The notes below the pieces were generated by a model. That model saw only the letters and a list, made by a program, of their open reading frames with translations. It was not told the origin of the DNA and did not search any database. Of a DNA stretch of 64,000 nucleotides, positions 10,249-18,633 are shown piece by piece. Origin of the DNA: Candidatus Spyradenecus sp. (GTDB lineage Bacteria > Verrucomicrobiota > Kiritimatiellia > RFP12 > DVOR01); the NCBI GenBank assembly GCA_045613865.1, contig JAZLBT010000020.1:10661-74660 (forward strand), written 5' to 3'. Made by a program: the position numbers and the translations under genes. Every line of letters starts with the position of its first letter. The first letter of the stretch is position 1.

Positions 10249-10453
10249 TTAACGAGATAAATAATCTAACGCAGCTTTTGCCCGAGTATCTCCTTGCTCT
10301 GCAGCTTTACGATACCAATAGACGGCTTATACAATATCTTTCCCTACACCATATCCGTTAGTATACAAATATCCAAAAATACCTTGTACTTTTGCATCTC
10401 CTTGTTCAGCAGCTTTACGCCACCAATACGCGGCTTGCTTAAAGTCTTTTTTT
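10249..10453 (-). pseudogene. 3' remnant of a Sel1-repeat (SLR/TPR-like) protein gene
   Basis: The minus-strand frame reads KKDFKQAAYWWRKAAEQGDAKVQGIFGYLYTNGYGVGKDIV*AVYWYRKAAEQGDTRAKAALDYLSR*. That is two Sel1 repeats with an in-frame stop and no upstream continuation or start. A weak terminator-like hairpin (AGATGC/GCATCT, 10173..10196) follows. Confidence 0.6.
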
Positions 10454-10652
10454 AGGTAATGATACTATTCTATTTGGATGGAGCAGTGAAAATTTGAGGC
10501 CAACGACTCAAAAAATTAATTATATTGCTTCTTCCACTCACAGTCAAATTTTTTCGCAATTGAAGCTTTTATGATACGGGAAGGTGAATACGAAAACACC
10601 ACCTACTCGGTGGGGAAAATGAGGGGGGAATTGATGGGGATTAGGTCTTAAA

Positions 10653-10692
10653 CTCAAAGCAATAGGTTTTGTGCTTCAAAGCAATAGGGTTT
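10653..10692 (+). repeat. Two 22-bp iteron-like units abutting repeat copy B
   Basis: CTCAAAGCAATAGGTTTTGTG and CTTCAAAGCAATAGGGTTTAG. The CAATAGG cores start at 10660 and 10682, exactly 22 bp apart. This is the same family as the array at 33111..33226. Confidence 0.65.
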
Positions 10693-10938
10693 AGTTTTTC
10701 AATATTTCCATACACTATTCTATCGACCGTAAACACTTGCAAATCAATAACTTATTTTGAATAATATTGTACCGTGGAAAAGATGTCTTAAAAACAGTAT
10801 AAATCGTAGTATTTTGTTCTTTAAAATGTGTTTCGGGAAACTATTTAGCCGACGGATAAAATAGTACGATAGTTTGCTTGGCACACTTTTGGCCTGCCTA
10901 AATGATTTTAGGAGAACAGTACGATTGATTGAAAAAGT
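10693..10938 (+). repeat. 246-bp repeat element, copy B
   Basis: It has the same length and the same AGTTTTTCAAT ... ATTGAAAAAGT termini as copy A, and lies in direct orientation 907 bp downstream of it. Confidence 0.7.
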
Positions 10939-10979
10939 GAAACTAAGGGAAGAGGTCTAAATAAAGATTAATAAAAATA

Positions 10980-12338
10980 CTACCGAATATGTCGTTTCAC
11001 ATAATCTAACAACTCGGACCTTGTCGCGCCTTCAAGTTGGCGCGTGTAACAATCTTTAATGCGATTTCCCATTGCAGGTCCTGGCTTATAACCAAGTTCA
11101 ATCAAAACTTTTCCCGTAATAATTGGTGTTGGTAAGACCGACTCATGCTTAAACTGTTCAAGCGTTGCCATTACAGCCTCATAAATATCCAACTTTGAAT
11201 GCGATGACAAACAATCCAAGCGATGCAGTGCCAATTCTAAAGCAATCGTTGGACGTCCTAACATCATACGCCGCGTTGAAATTCGCATCTTAGGGAATTC
11301 GATAAAATGCATATGATGCCGTACCGCCACGACAACATCATCGATAATACTACGTGCAAGTTTAAAACGTGTTAAGATAGACTCCGACATTCGTGCCCCA
11401 ACCTCAGCATGCCCTGGCGTACGATACCATGGTGAACCATCTGGTTTTTTCTGCACACGTAACGATGCAGGTTTTCCAATATCGTGTAAAAGAACACTCC
11501 ACACAAGTTTCGGATCTCGTGGCAATGGGATACGCTCAATCATACACATTGTGTGTTGCCACACATCCCCCTCAGGATGCCACTGTGGATCCTGCAAACA
11601 TCCCCGTAACGCACACAACTCCGGAAAAAACACCTGCAATAATCCACTCTTATAAAATTGCTCTAACGCTTCCACTGGTCGTTGGGCTTCACAAAGTGTT
11701 CGAATAAACTCCGTTGTAATACGCTCTTGACTAACACATCCCAATTCACTAGCCTCTTGCAAAATTGCTTGCCACGCTTCCTCTTCAATTTGCCATCCAC
11801 AAACCGCAGCAAATCGAATCGCTCGCAACATTCTTAAGCGATCTTCTTGAAAACGCACACGTGCTGAGCCCACTGCACGCACAAGACCACAATTTAAATC
11901 TTCCACCCCTCCAACAAAATCAATAACCTTATCCTCAAGAGGATTGTAAAATAACGCATTCACCGTAAAATCACGCCGTTGCGCATCATGTTCTGCCGAA
12001 TCAAACTCTATCGACGTAGGATGGCGACCATCTTGATACCCCCCATCTGTACGAAATGTGGCCACATCATAGCTAACCCCATCAATCACCACCAACATTA
12101 CTCCAAAACTCTTCCCTACCCCAACACATTGCTGAGGGAAAAGCATGGCAACCTCATCTGGTGTTGCACTTGTTGCAATGTCTATATCCTTTACATTTGC
12201 TCCTCGCAAGGCATCACGTACACATCCTCCGGCATAATAAGCAATAAAACCTGCGGTGAATAAACGCCGAACAATTCCTAACGCACGCTCTTCTAATAAA
12301 TGATCCGAAGGATGTTTAAACTGTAACTTTATATTCAT
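10980..12338 (-). CDS. cca: CCA-adding tRNA nucleotidyltransferase with HD domain
   Basis: 452 aa with the Pol-beta nucleotidyltransferase motifs GGCVRDALRG and DIDIAT, and a C-terminal HD motif LLHDIGKP. Confidence 0.8.
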   Translation of the reverse strand: MNIKLQFKHPSDHLLEERALGIVRRLFTAGFIAYYAGGCVRDALRGANVKDIDIATSATPDEVAMLFPQQCVGVGKSFGVMLVVIDGVSYDVATFRTDGGYQDGRHPTSIEFDSAEHDAQRRDFTVNALFYNPLEDKVIDFVGGVEDLNCGLVRAVGSARVRFQEDRLRMLRAIRFAAVCGWQIEEEAWQAILQEASELGCVSQERITTEFIRTLCEAQRPVEALEQFYKSGLLQVFFPELCALRGCLQDPQWHPEGDVWQHTMCMIERIPLPRDPKLVWSVLLHDIGKPASLRVQKKPDGSPWYRTPGHAEVGARMSESILTRFKLARSIIDDVVVAVRHHMHFIEFPKMRISTRRMMLGRPTIALELALHRLDCLSSHSKLDIYEAVMATLEQFKHESVLPTPIITGKVLIELGYKPGPAMGNRIKDCYTRQLEGATRSELLDYVKRHIR

Positions 12339-12381
12339 CTTATTTTATAATCCTACAACACTTACAATACGAAAAAGTCAT

Positions 12382-12409
12382 AAAAAAAGCTCTCGCGAGA
12401 AGCGAGAGC
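12382..12409 (-). terminator. Rho-independent terminator after guaA
   Basis: GCTCTCGC-GAGAA-GCGAGAGC (8-bp GC-rich stem), flanked by A7 (a U-run on the minus-strand RNA) and T5. It starts 8 nt past the guaA stop. Confidence 0.7.
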
Positions 12410-12416
12410 CTTTTTC

Positions 12417-13721
12417 TTATTCCCATTCAATAGTGCCAACCGGCTTAGGCGTGATATCAACAAGGACGCGGTTTATACCAGGAACTTCTGCCGTAATGCG
12501 TGCGGTGAGGTGTTCCATTAAGTCCCAATCAAGGCGTTCTACCGAGGCGGTCATCGCGTCAATGGTATTGACTGCACGAATAATGCAGGGCCATTCATAA
12601 GCGCGTGCATTGTTACGGACGCCGACGGAACGAATGTCGGGGATAACAGTAAAGTATTGCCACACTTTACCTGCGAGACCGTTCTTGTCGAATTCTTCAC
12701 GAAGGATAGCATCAGCTTCACGGAGAGCTTCAAGGCGATCACGAGTGATTGCGCCCAAACAACGTACACCAAGGCCAGGGCCAGGGAAGGGTTGACGGTA
12801 GACCATGTTATCGGGGAGGCCTAAGGCGGAACCACAGGCACGAACTTCGTCCTTAAAGAGCATCTTCAATGGTTCGACGAGTTCGAACTGAAGGTCTTCA
12901 GGGAGGCCACCAACATTATGGTGGGACTTAACGACCTTGGCAGTCTTGGTACCAGATTCAACGATATCGGGGTAGATTGTACCTTGTGCAAGGAAGTCAA
13001 TGCCGTCGAGTTTGCGGGCTTCTTCTTCAAAGACACGGATAAATTCTGCGCCGATAATCTTACGCTTTTGTTCAGGGTCTTCAACGCCTTCGAGTTTGTT
13101 CAAGAAACGATCGGTGGCATCAACATAGACGAGATTTGCACCAAGTTGCTTACCAAAGACGTTGACGACTTGTTCAGGTTCACCCTTGCGTAAGAGGCCG
13201 TGGTTGACGTGAACACAGGTCAATTGTTTACCGATAGCCTTAATCAAGAGGGCTGCAACAACAGAACTGTCAACGCCACCGGAGAGCGCGAGGAGAACCT
13301 TGCGGTCACCGACTTGACGACGGATGAGCTCAACCTGGTCGGCAATGAAGTTCTCAACGTTCCAGTTCTGTACGGCTTTGCAAGTACCGAGAACAAAGTC
13401 GGAGAGGATTTGACGACGGGTTGCTTCATCGACTGGAAAGGTGGCCACATCACAGGGGCACTTGCCGGTATGTTCAATGGTCAAGCAAGGGAGGCCCGCG
13501 TTGGCGATAGCATCAGAGATATCAATCTTTTCGCCGTCAACAATGTTATTAGGGCCACCATTCAAGATGAAACCACGAACATTGGGCAATGCGGCAAGTT
13601 GGTCTGCCGTTAAATCGTGCGGGTGAATTTCAGAATAGACGCCGAGGGCGCGGATATCACGGGCGAGAAGCGAGTTTTCTTCACTTCCTAAGTCAATGAC
13701 AACAATCATATCTTGCTGCAT
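12417..13721 (-). CDS. guaA: GMP synthase, ATP-pyrophosphatase plus dimerisation domains, with a vestigial N-terminal amidotransferase domain
   Basis: PP-loop SGGVDSS, the HHNVGGLP and FPGPGLGVR motifs, and the C-terminal KPVGTIEWE are present. It is only 434 aa against about 515-525 aa for canonical GuaA; see finding. Confidence 0.9.
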   Translation of the reverse strand: MQQDMIVVIDLGSEENSLLARDIRALGVYSEIHPHDLTADQLAALPNVRGFILNGGPNNIVDGEKIDISDAIANAGLPCLTIEHTGKCPCDVATFPVDEATRRQILSDFVLGTCKAVQNWNVENFIADQVELIRRQVGDRKVLLALSGGVDSSVVAALLIKAIGKQLTCVHVNHGLLRKGEPEQVVNVFGKQLGANLVYVDATDRFLNKLEGVEDPEQKRKIIGAEFIRVFEEEARKLDGIDFLAQGTIYPDIVESGTKTAKVVKSHHNVGGLPEDLQFELVEPLKMLFKDEVRACGSALGLPDNMVYRQPFPGPGLGVRCLGAITRDRLEALREADAILREEFDKNGLAGKVWQYFTVIPDIRSVGVRNNARAYEWPCIIRAVNTIDAMTASVERLDWDLMEHLTARITAEVPGINRVLVDITPKPVGTIEWE

Positions 13722-13752
13722 AGAATCACTCCTTTTCTCAAAAAAGATGGCG

Positions 13753-13781
13753 TATTATAGCACTTTTTGCTTTTCATGAAA
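13753..13781 (-). promoter_or_regulatory. Candidate sigma70 promoter of guaA (extended -10)
   Basis: The minus strand reads TTTTCA-N17-TATAAT, with TGC immediately upstream of the -10 (TGCTATAAT). It lies about 32 nt upstream of the guaA ATG, which has an AAGGAG SD. Confidence 0.5.
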
Positions 13782-13817
13782 ACATTTTTTTCGTTTTCAC
13801 CTTGGCTTTTTCATACA

Positions 13818-14822
13818 TTATTGTACAGGGGGTTCTAGTTGTGCAGGGGGTGTTTGCTGACGCTCGGCATACATTTTCTTTTGGAATTCGACGTCGCGCT
13901 TGAGCTTGCCAGCGAGGCGGGTATCGGGAGCAGCGTTAATTGCCTTTTCATAGGCTTCAATCATCTTAGGGATATTACGTGTAAAGGCGAAGTTGTCGCC
14001 TTGGAGTCGGTAGAGACGTTGGCGAACTTCAGGGATGAGGTCTTCACGTGCAACGTAAGCTTCAATACGTTGGGCATCTTCTTGCAATTGTTCAGGCGTA
14101 ATACGACCTTGAAAGGTTTTTAAGAAGGCCTCAAGTTCTTCCATCTGCTTGGTTGCGATCTCAGCATTGATGATAGCATTTTTGAAGCCGAGGATATTTT
14201 GTTCATCAAGGGTATTGATTTCCTGGATAACATCAGTGTATTTGTCGCGGCAGACAGCGGGCAAGAGATTGATGGCTTCTGCGAGAAGCTGGGCACGTTC
14301 AAGACCTGTCTTTGTGGCAGCAGCAGCGAAGGCGGCATCGCGCTTCTCACGAACAGCAAATGCCTCCTTTAGAACTTGAGCGTAGTCTTCTGGGGTAGGA
14401 CGTGCACCCGGGATGACAGCATAAGGCATCCCCTTTGCATCGGTCACAATGACGGTGGGGAAAGCTTCCACTTTATAGGACATACAGAGCTGTTCACGAC
14501 GTTTTTGTTCTTCCGGGCTAATAGCAGCGCGCAAGAGCGGGTCGCGAGGGAAGAGGATGTTATGAACGACGATTTTGTCTGCCATTTCGTTCACAAAGCT
14601 TTCTGCAGGGAAGATTTGGCCTTCGAGAAATTGGCAAGCTGTGCACCAATCGGGGCCAGTGAAGTTCACAAGGATTGCGAGTTCATCATCTGTTGCCCAC
14701 CGTGTAGCATCTGCGGCACTTTCTGTCTGGCGGATTTTAGTGGGTTTGGGTTTTCCCATTGCAAGGAAGGTTGCGGTTGCCACGAGGGCGAGGCCGATAA
14801 CGGCGAGAATAGCTTTTTTCAT
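13818..14822 (-). CDS. Secreted thioredoxin-fold protein (WCxxC) with a helical C-terminal domain
   Basis: Signal peptide MKKAILAVIGLALVATATFLA, a thioredoxin-like region with redox motif WCTAC, then about 180 aa of helical, TPR-like sequence. Start set to ATG 14822 (AGGAG 8 nt upstream); the track start at 14840 is a TTG. Confidence 0.7.
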   Translation of the reverse strand: MKKAILAVIGLALVATATFLAMGKPKPTKIRQTESAADATRWATDDELAILVNFTGPDWCTACQFLEGQIFPAESFVNEMADKIVVHNILFPRDPLLRAAISPEEQKRREQLCMSYKVEAFPTVIVTDAKGMPYAVIPGARPTPEDYAQVLKEAFAVREKRDAAFAAAATKTGLERAQLLAEAINLLPAVCRDKYTDVIQEINTLDEQNILGFKNAIINAEIATKQMEELEAFLKTFQGRITPEQLQEDAQRIEAYVAREDLIPEVRQRLYRLQGDNFAFTRNIPKMIEAYEKAINAAPDTRLAGKLKRDVEFQKKMYAERQQTPPAQLEPPVQ

Positions 14823-14836
14823 TATTATTTCTCCTT

Positions 14837-15811
14837 TCAATTATTTGCGAGATCAGTTTTGTGGCGAGCACCTGGCAGGTCTGCAACGACCCGCGGACAG
14901 GCAAGACCGCCGAGGTGTTCGAGAAGATATTGACGTAAGCGCGGGGCACACTCTGACGGTGTACGGAAATGTTCAATCCCCTTAATTGGATCGCATTGGA
15001 AAATGTAGTACGGACGCACGCGTGCACGTTGAAGTTTGGCGCAGAGGCGTGCCATGACTTCAGGTTCATCATTAATACCACGGAGAAGCACACTCTGGTT
15101 CGAGACGGGAATACCATGAGTCACAAGCAAGGCACACGCAGCGATAGCTTCGGCTGTCAATTCATTGGGGTGGTTAAATTGTGTTTGCACCCAAACACGT
15201 CCTGAACGCGCGAGGCGTTTAACAAGCGTTTCGGTCCAGCGCATTGGAAGAACGGAAGGTGTGCGTGTGCAAAGGCGAATAGCATCGAGTTGATCAACCT
15301 CAGCAAGGGTATCGACCCAATGGAGCAGTGTTTCATCTGGCAACATCAAGGGGTCGCCTCCCGAGAGAAGAATTTCACGTACGCCGGGATTGTTTTTAAG
15401 ATGGGTGAGCACATCCTCAAGTTGGGCTGTTTTACCATTGAGCAAGCCGCGGCGGGTACAATGGCGACAGTAGGCCGAACAAGTTGTCGAGAGCATCGCG
15501 AGGATACGGTCGGGGAAACGTTGTTTAATTCCAGGTGCTACAGCGGCTTGAGCCATCTCACCAAAGGGATCATCGGAGTACTCATCAGGAAGAAGTTCGC
15601 GTTGATCTGCGAAAAACTGCATTCGGAGCGGATCGTGCGCATCGTGGATATCCATCTGCGCGAGAAGATACGGTGTGAGGCGCATCGGCCAGTGGGCGAC
15701 GTCTTCAATACCGATATCTGCGGCAGTCACGCTCTGTGCCAACTGCCATTGCCAATCCTTCCACTGCGCAGAAGGAACGTTGTCAACAGAGAGGGCGGCG
15801 AGATCAATCAT
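14837..15811 (-). CDS. KamA-family radical SAM protein (lysine 2,3-aminomutase / EpmB-like)
   Basis: 324 aa with the CSAYCRHCTRR cluster motif (CxxxCxxC) and the GGDPL motif of the KamA family. The size is closer to EpmB (~340 aa) than to clostridial KamA (~416 aa). Confidence 0.85.
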   Translation of the reverse strand: MIDLAALSVDNVPSAQWKDWQWQLAQSVTAADIGIEDVAHWPMRLTPYLLAQMDIHDAHDPLRMQFFADQRELLPDEYSDDPFGEMAQAAVAPGIKQRFPDRILAMLSTTCSAYCRHCTRRGLLNGKTAQLEDVLTHLKNNPGVREILLSGGDPLMLPDETLLHWVDTLAEVDQLDAIRLCTRTPSVLPMRWTETLVKRLARSGRVWVQTQFNHPNELTAEAIAACALLVTHGIPVSNQSVLLRGINDEPEVMARLCAKLQRARVRPYYIFQCDPIKGIEHFRTPSECAPRLRQYLLEHLGGLACPRVVADLPGARHKTDLANN

Positions 15812-17546
15812 GATGCGGGAAATTTAAGAATGCTTCAAAATCATGGAGGCGACAAACCTTTGCGCCCATCCGACGCGCGGCTCCGCCAAAGTCATTGTCA
15901 TCGGTTACAAGTACGAGCGGGATATCGGTGTGTTCGCTATAGTACTTGAGTTGGTCGAGGATATAATTGTCGGCGCGATGCTCGGCGTTGCCGCCGCCAG
16001 AGTAGTGCCGTTGAATATTCTCTGCAATATCCGTTACACTCATAGTTGCGCCATCCCACACGAGGTGGGCAAAGGTCTCTGGCAAGTTACGAAGGAGCAA
16101 CGAAAGGTCCTTTTCAAGGAGTTTGCGGTTCGCCTCGTGGGTACGTGCTTGTCCACGACGTTGGCGGTAGCGCCCTAGCCCATTGAGAATGTTATGACCA
16201 TCAAGGAAGAGGAGCATGGGCGCATGACCGCGTAAGGCTGCGCAAAGTTCGGCATTCCGCTTTTCGATTGCGAGCTCTTCAGCATCAAATATGGAATCAT
16301 CCTCTACGGTTGGAGCGGTCGTATCCCAGATTGAGACACGGCGAGCATAAAGTGTGCGAATTTCACGAACTTCCGCCTTGGAGAGAAGATTGAGCTTTTC
16401 GGTCGATTCCATCCATGTAAGGATTGCGGGGAGCTCGGCATCGGTCGCAGCATTTAATTTTTCCATCATCGCTTGTGCGAGTGGGGAGTATGTGCACGTT
16501 GGCAATTGACGACGCAAGCGGTCGAGCTCCTTCTCGAGCTCGGCCTTTGCGCGTAGGATCTGGGGGCTCTTTGCATTAGCCATACAAAGCACACGATTGA
16601 CTTGGCAGAGTTTTTCCTCTAATGCTTCGACTTGTTGCTGAAGGCGCTGGGCGTTTTCACTTGCACGATCGTAACGGCTTTGGTATTGAATAGCTTCGTC
16701 GGCATAAGCAAGCACATCCTCAATCGACTGTTGGGCGATGGCTTCACGTTCCAAATGCGGCTTTAACCATTCCCCAAAGAGTGCAACTTGTTTTGCTGCG
16801 AGGAGTTCGTGTGCATGTCGCTCTTGAAGGGCGCGCTCCTTCTCCACTTCCCGTTGGGCAATCTCGAGCTGTCTCTTCAACTCTTCAATGGAGAAGGTCA
16901 GGGTATTTTTGACATCCTTCCACTCACGATTCTCCTTGGCATGTTCATCACGCAAGGCACGGACATCACGGGTAAGTTTCTTCCCTGCCTCTTCAAGGGC
17001 ACGTTCAAGAGTTGCAATTTTCTCTTGTGCACGCGTAGAACCCATGGGCGCATTGCCAAGTTTTTGGAGTAGCACGTGAAAGATGGGCGAGAGACGTGTC
17101 TTTGCGGCATCTTCGGGGAGAATTTCACAGAGCGTTTGCTTCGTGAGTTCCTTTGCCCATGTTCGGCGCTCCACCTCTTCGCTCAAGAGACCAGAGAGGC
17201 AAAGGGTTGCCTTTCCAAAAAGGGAGATCAATGGAACGTAATATTCCTGAAGTAAGGAGAGCGAAAGGCTCTGCAAGAAGCGAATTTCACCGCTATAGAA
17301 TTTAGTTATTTTAGCGAAATCACTCGTGGCGTCTTCTTGTTTTACAAGGGCAAGAATTTTAGCCCTGACCATATTTTTGAGGTAAGGCGATTTTGCACGG
17401 GCGAGACTACCCTCGTCGCAAAGTTTGAAATCACGACAACACTGTTTGAGTGTGTTGTCATGCCACGTATTCACGCACGCCTGTACCGCCTCTGCTAGCG
17501 CGGCATCATCCAAGAGCGGTTCCTTATGAATAGTATTTTCAACCAT
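15804..17546 (-). CDS. Coiled-coil protein with a C-terminal YacP/Rae1-like NYN (PIN-like) nuclease domain
   Basis: The C-terminal ~150 aa read LLFLDGHNILNG ... HLVWDG ... LVLVTDDNDFGG, matching the acidic-residue pattern of YacP-type NYN domains. Residues ~190-400 are heptad-rich and Glu/Lys/Arg/Leu biased. Start set to ATG 17546, which overlaps the upstream stop as TAATG. Confidence 0.6.
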   Translation of the reverse strand: MVENTIHKEPLLDDAALAEAVQACVNTWHDNTLKQCCRDFKLCDEGSLARAKSPYLKNMVRAKILALVKQEDATSDFAKITKFYSGEIRFLQSLSLSLLQEYYVPLISLFGKATLCLSGLLSEEVERRTWAKELTKQTLCEILPEDAAKTRLSPIFHVLLQKLGNAPMGSTRAQEKIATLERALEEAGKKLTRDVRALRDEHAKENREWKDVKNTLTFSIEELKRQLEIAQREVEKERALQERHAHELLAAKQVALFGEWLKPHLEREAIAQQSIEDVLAYADEAIQYQSRYDRASENAQRLQQQVEALEEKLCQVNRVLCMANAKSPQILRAKAELEKELDRLRRQLPTCTYSPLAQAMMEKLNAATDAELPAILTWMESTEKLNLLSKAEVREIRTLYARRVSIWDTTAPTVEDDSIFDAEELAIEKRNAELCAALRGHAPMLLFLDGHNILNGLGRYRQRRGQARTHEANRKLLEKDLSLLLRNLPETFAHLVWDGATMSVTDIAENIQRHYSGGGNAEHRADNYILDQLKYYSEHTDIPLVLVTDDNDFGGAARRMGAKVCRLHDFEAFLNFPHHD

Positions 17547-18583
17547 TAAATCGGCCTCCGCAAGAGTGCCACCGAGGCGATGACGGCCAATAGAATAGTA
17601 ATGGATCCTCTCACAATCCAAGGTTGCGCTTTGGAGGTATAGTGAGTAACTTTTTGATGCTCGACCTTTGTTTTTTCCAAAGATTCAATCTTCCTAAAAG
17701 CCGTTTCCATCGCCTCCGCGGAACGGACATTCGAATAAATACCACCCGTTCGTTCTGCAATCTGACGTAATGTCATCTCGTCAAGTTCCCCGTAGGTCGA
17801 AACAAGTTGACGACGGTTAGTAAAAGGATCAACCCCCCATGCTTTGGTATGACCGGTCTTACCAATACCAACAGTATAAACCTTAATCCCAAGCTCCTCC
17901 GCAACAAGCGCTGCTTCATGAGGAGAAAGTGCGCCTGCATTATGCACGCCATCTGAAAGCAAGATTACAATCTTATTTAATGGAGCAGCATCCTTAATAC
18001 GCAAAAGAGCTATTGAAAGACCATCACCTATCGCTGTCTGTTGCTCCTCTCGCGAAACAAGAGGATCATTAGGGTCATTTCCTGGAATTTGAATATTGCG
18101 AACGTGTTGTAAAAGAGCCTTATGATCAATTGTCAATGGCGAACGAACCTTGGCAAAACCTCCAAAGGTGACAATCCCAATCAAATCATCAGGACAACGA
18201 TGAATAAAATTCTCAAAAGTTTGTTTAAGTACATCGAGACGCGTTTTATCATAGGTTTCTGGAGAAAAATCAAGCGCCTCCATTGATCCTGAAATATCAG
18301 CCACAAGCATAATTGCAAGGGCATCCTTAGAAGGTGGCATCTCATGCGTTATCTCTCGTGGATTTGCTGCCGCAACAATCAAAGCCATTAAACCAAGACA
18401 ATAAATTCCCGGAGTTATTAATGTTACACACGTACGCCAGGTCAATCCCGTTACCGAAAAACGCACGGAAGCGTCAGAGAAGAGAACCCCTTGCGGTCGC
18501 ATCCGACGATAAACCCATCCCACAATCCCAAGAAGAGGAAGCAGGAGGGATAATATCAGTGGGTGAGCAAACGACTCAAACAT
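17546..18583 (-). CDS. BatA-like membrane-anchored von Willebrand factor A domain protein
   Basis: Two N-terminal TM helices, a VWA domain with MIDAS motif DISGSM, and a C-terminal TM helix. This is the BatA/BatB architecture. Confidence 0.8.
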   Translation of the reverse strand: MFESFAHPLILSLLLPLLGIVGWVYRRMRPQGVLFSDASVRFSVTGLTWRTCVTLITPGIYCLGLMALIVAAANPREITHEMPPSKDALAIMLVADISGSMEALDFSPETYDKTRLDVLKQTFENFIHRCPDDLIGIVTFGGFAKVRSPLTIDHKALLQHVRNIQIPGNDPNDPLVSREEQQTAIGDGLSIALLRIKDAAPLNKIVILLSDGVHNAGALSPHEAALVAEELGIKVYTVGIGKTGHTKAWGVDPFTNRRQLVSTYGELDEMTLRQIAERTGGIYSNVRSAEAMETAFRKIESLEKTKVEHQKVTHYTSKAQPWIVRGSITILLAVIASVALLRRPI

Positions 18584-18633
18584 CTCTTCAATCCATCACC
18601 ATTGCGCCACCCGCAATAGTGATTATCTTTTGG

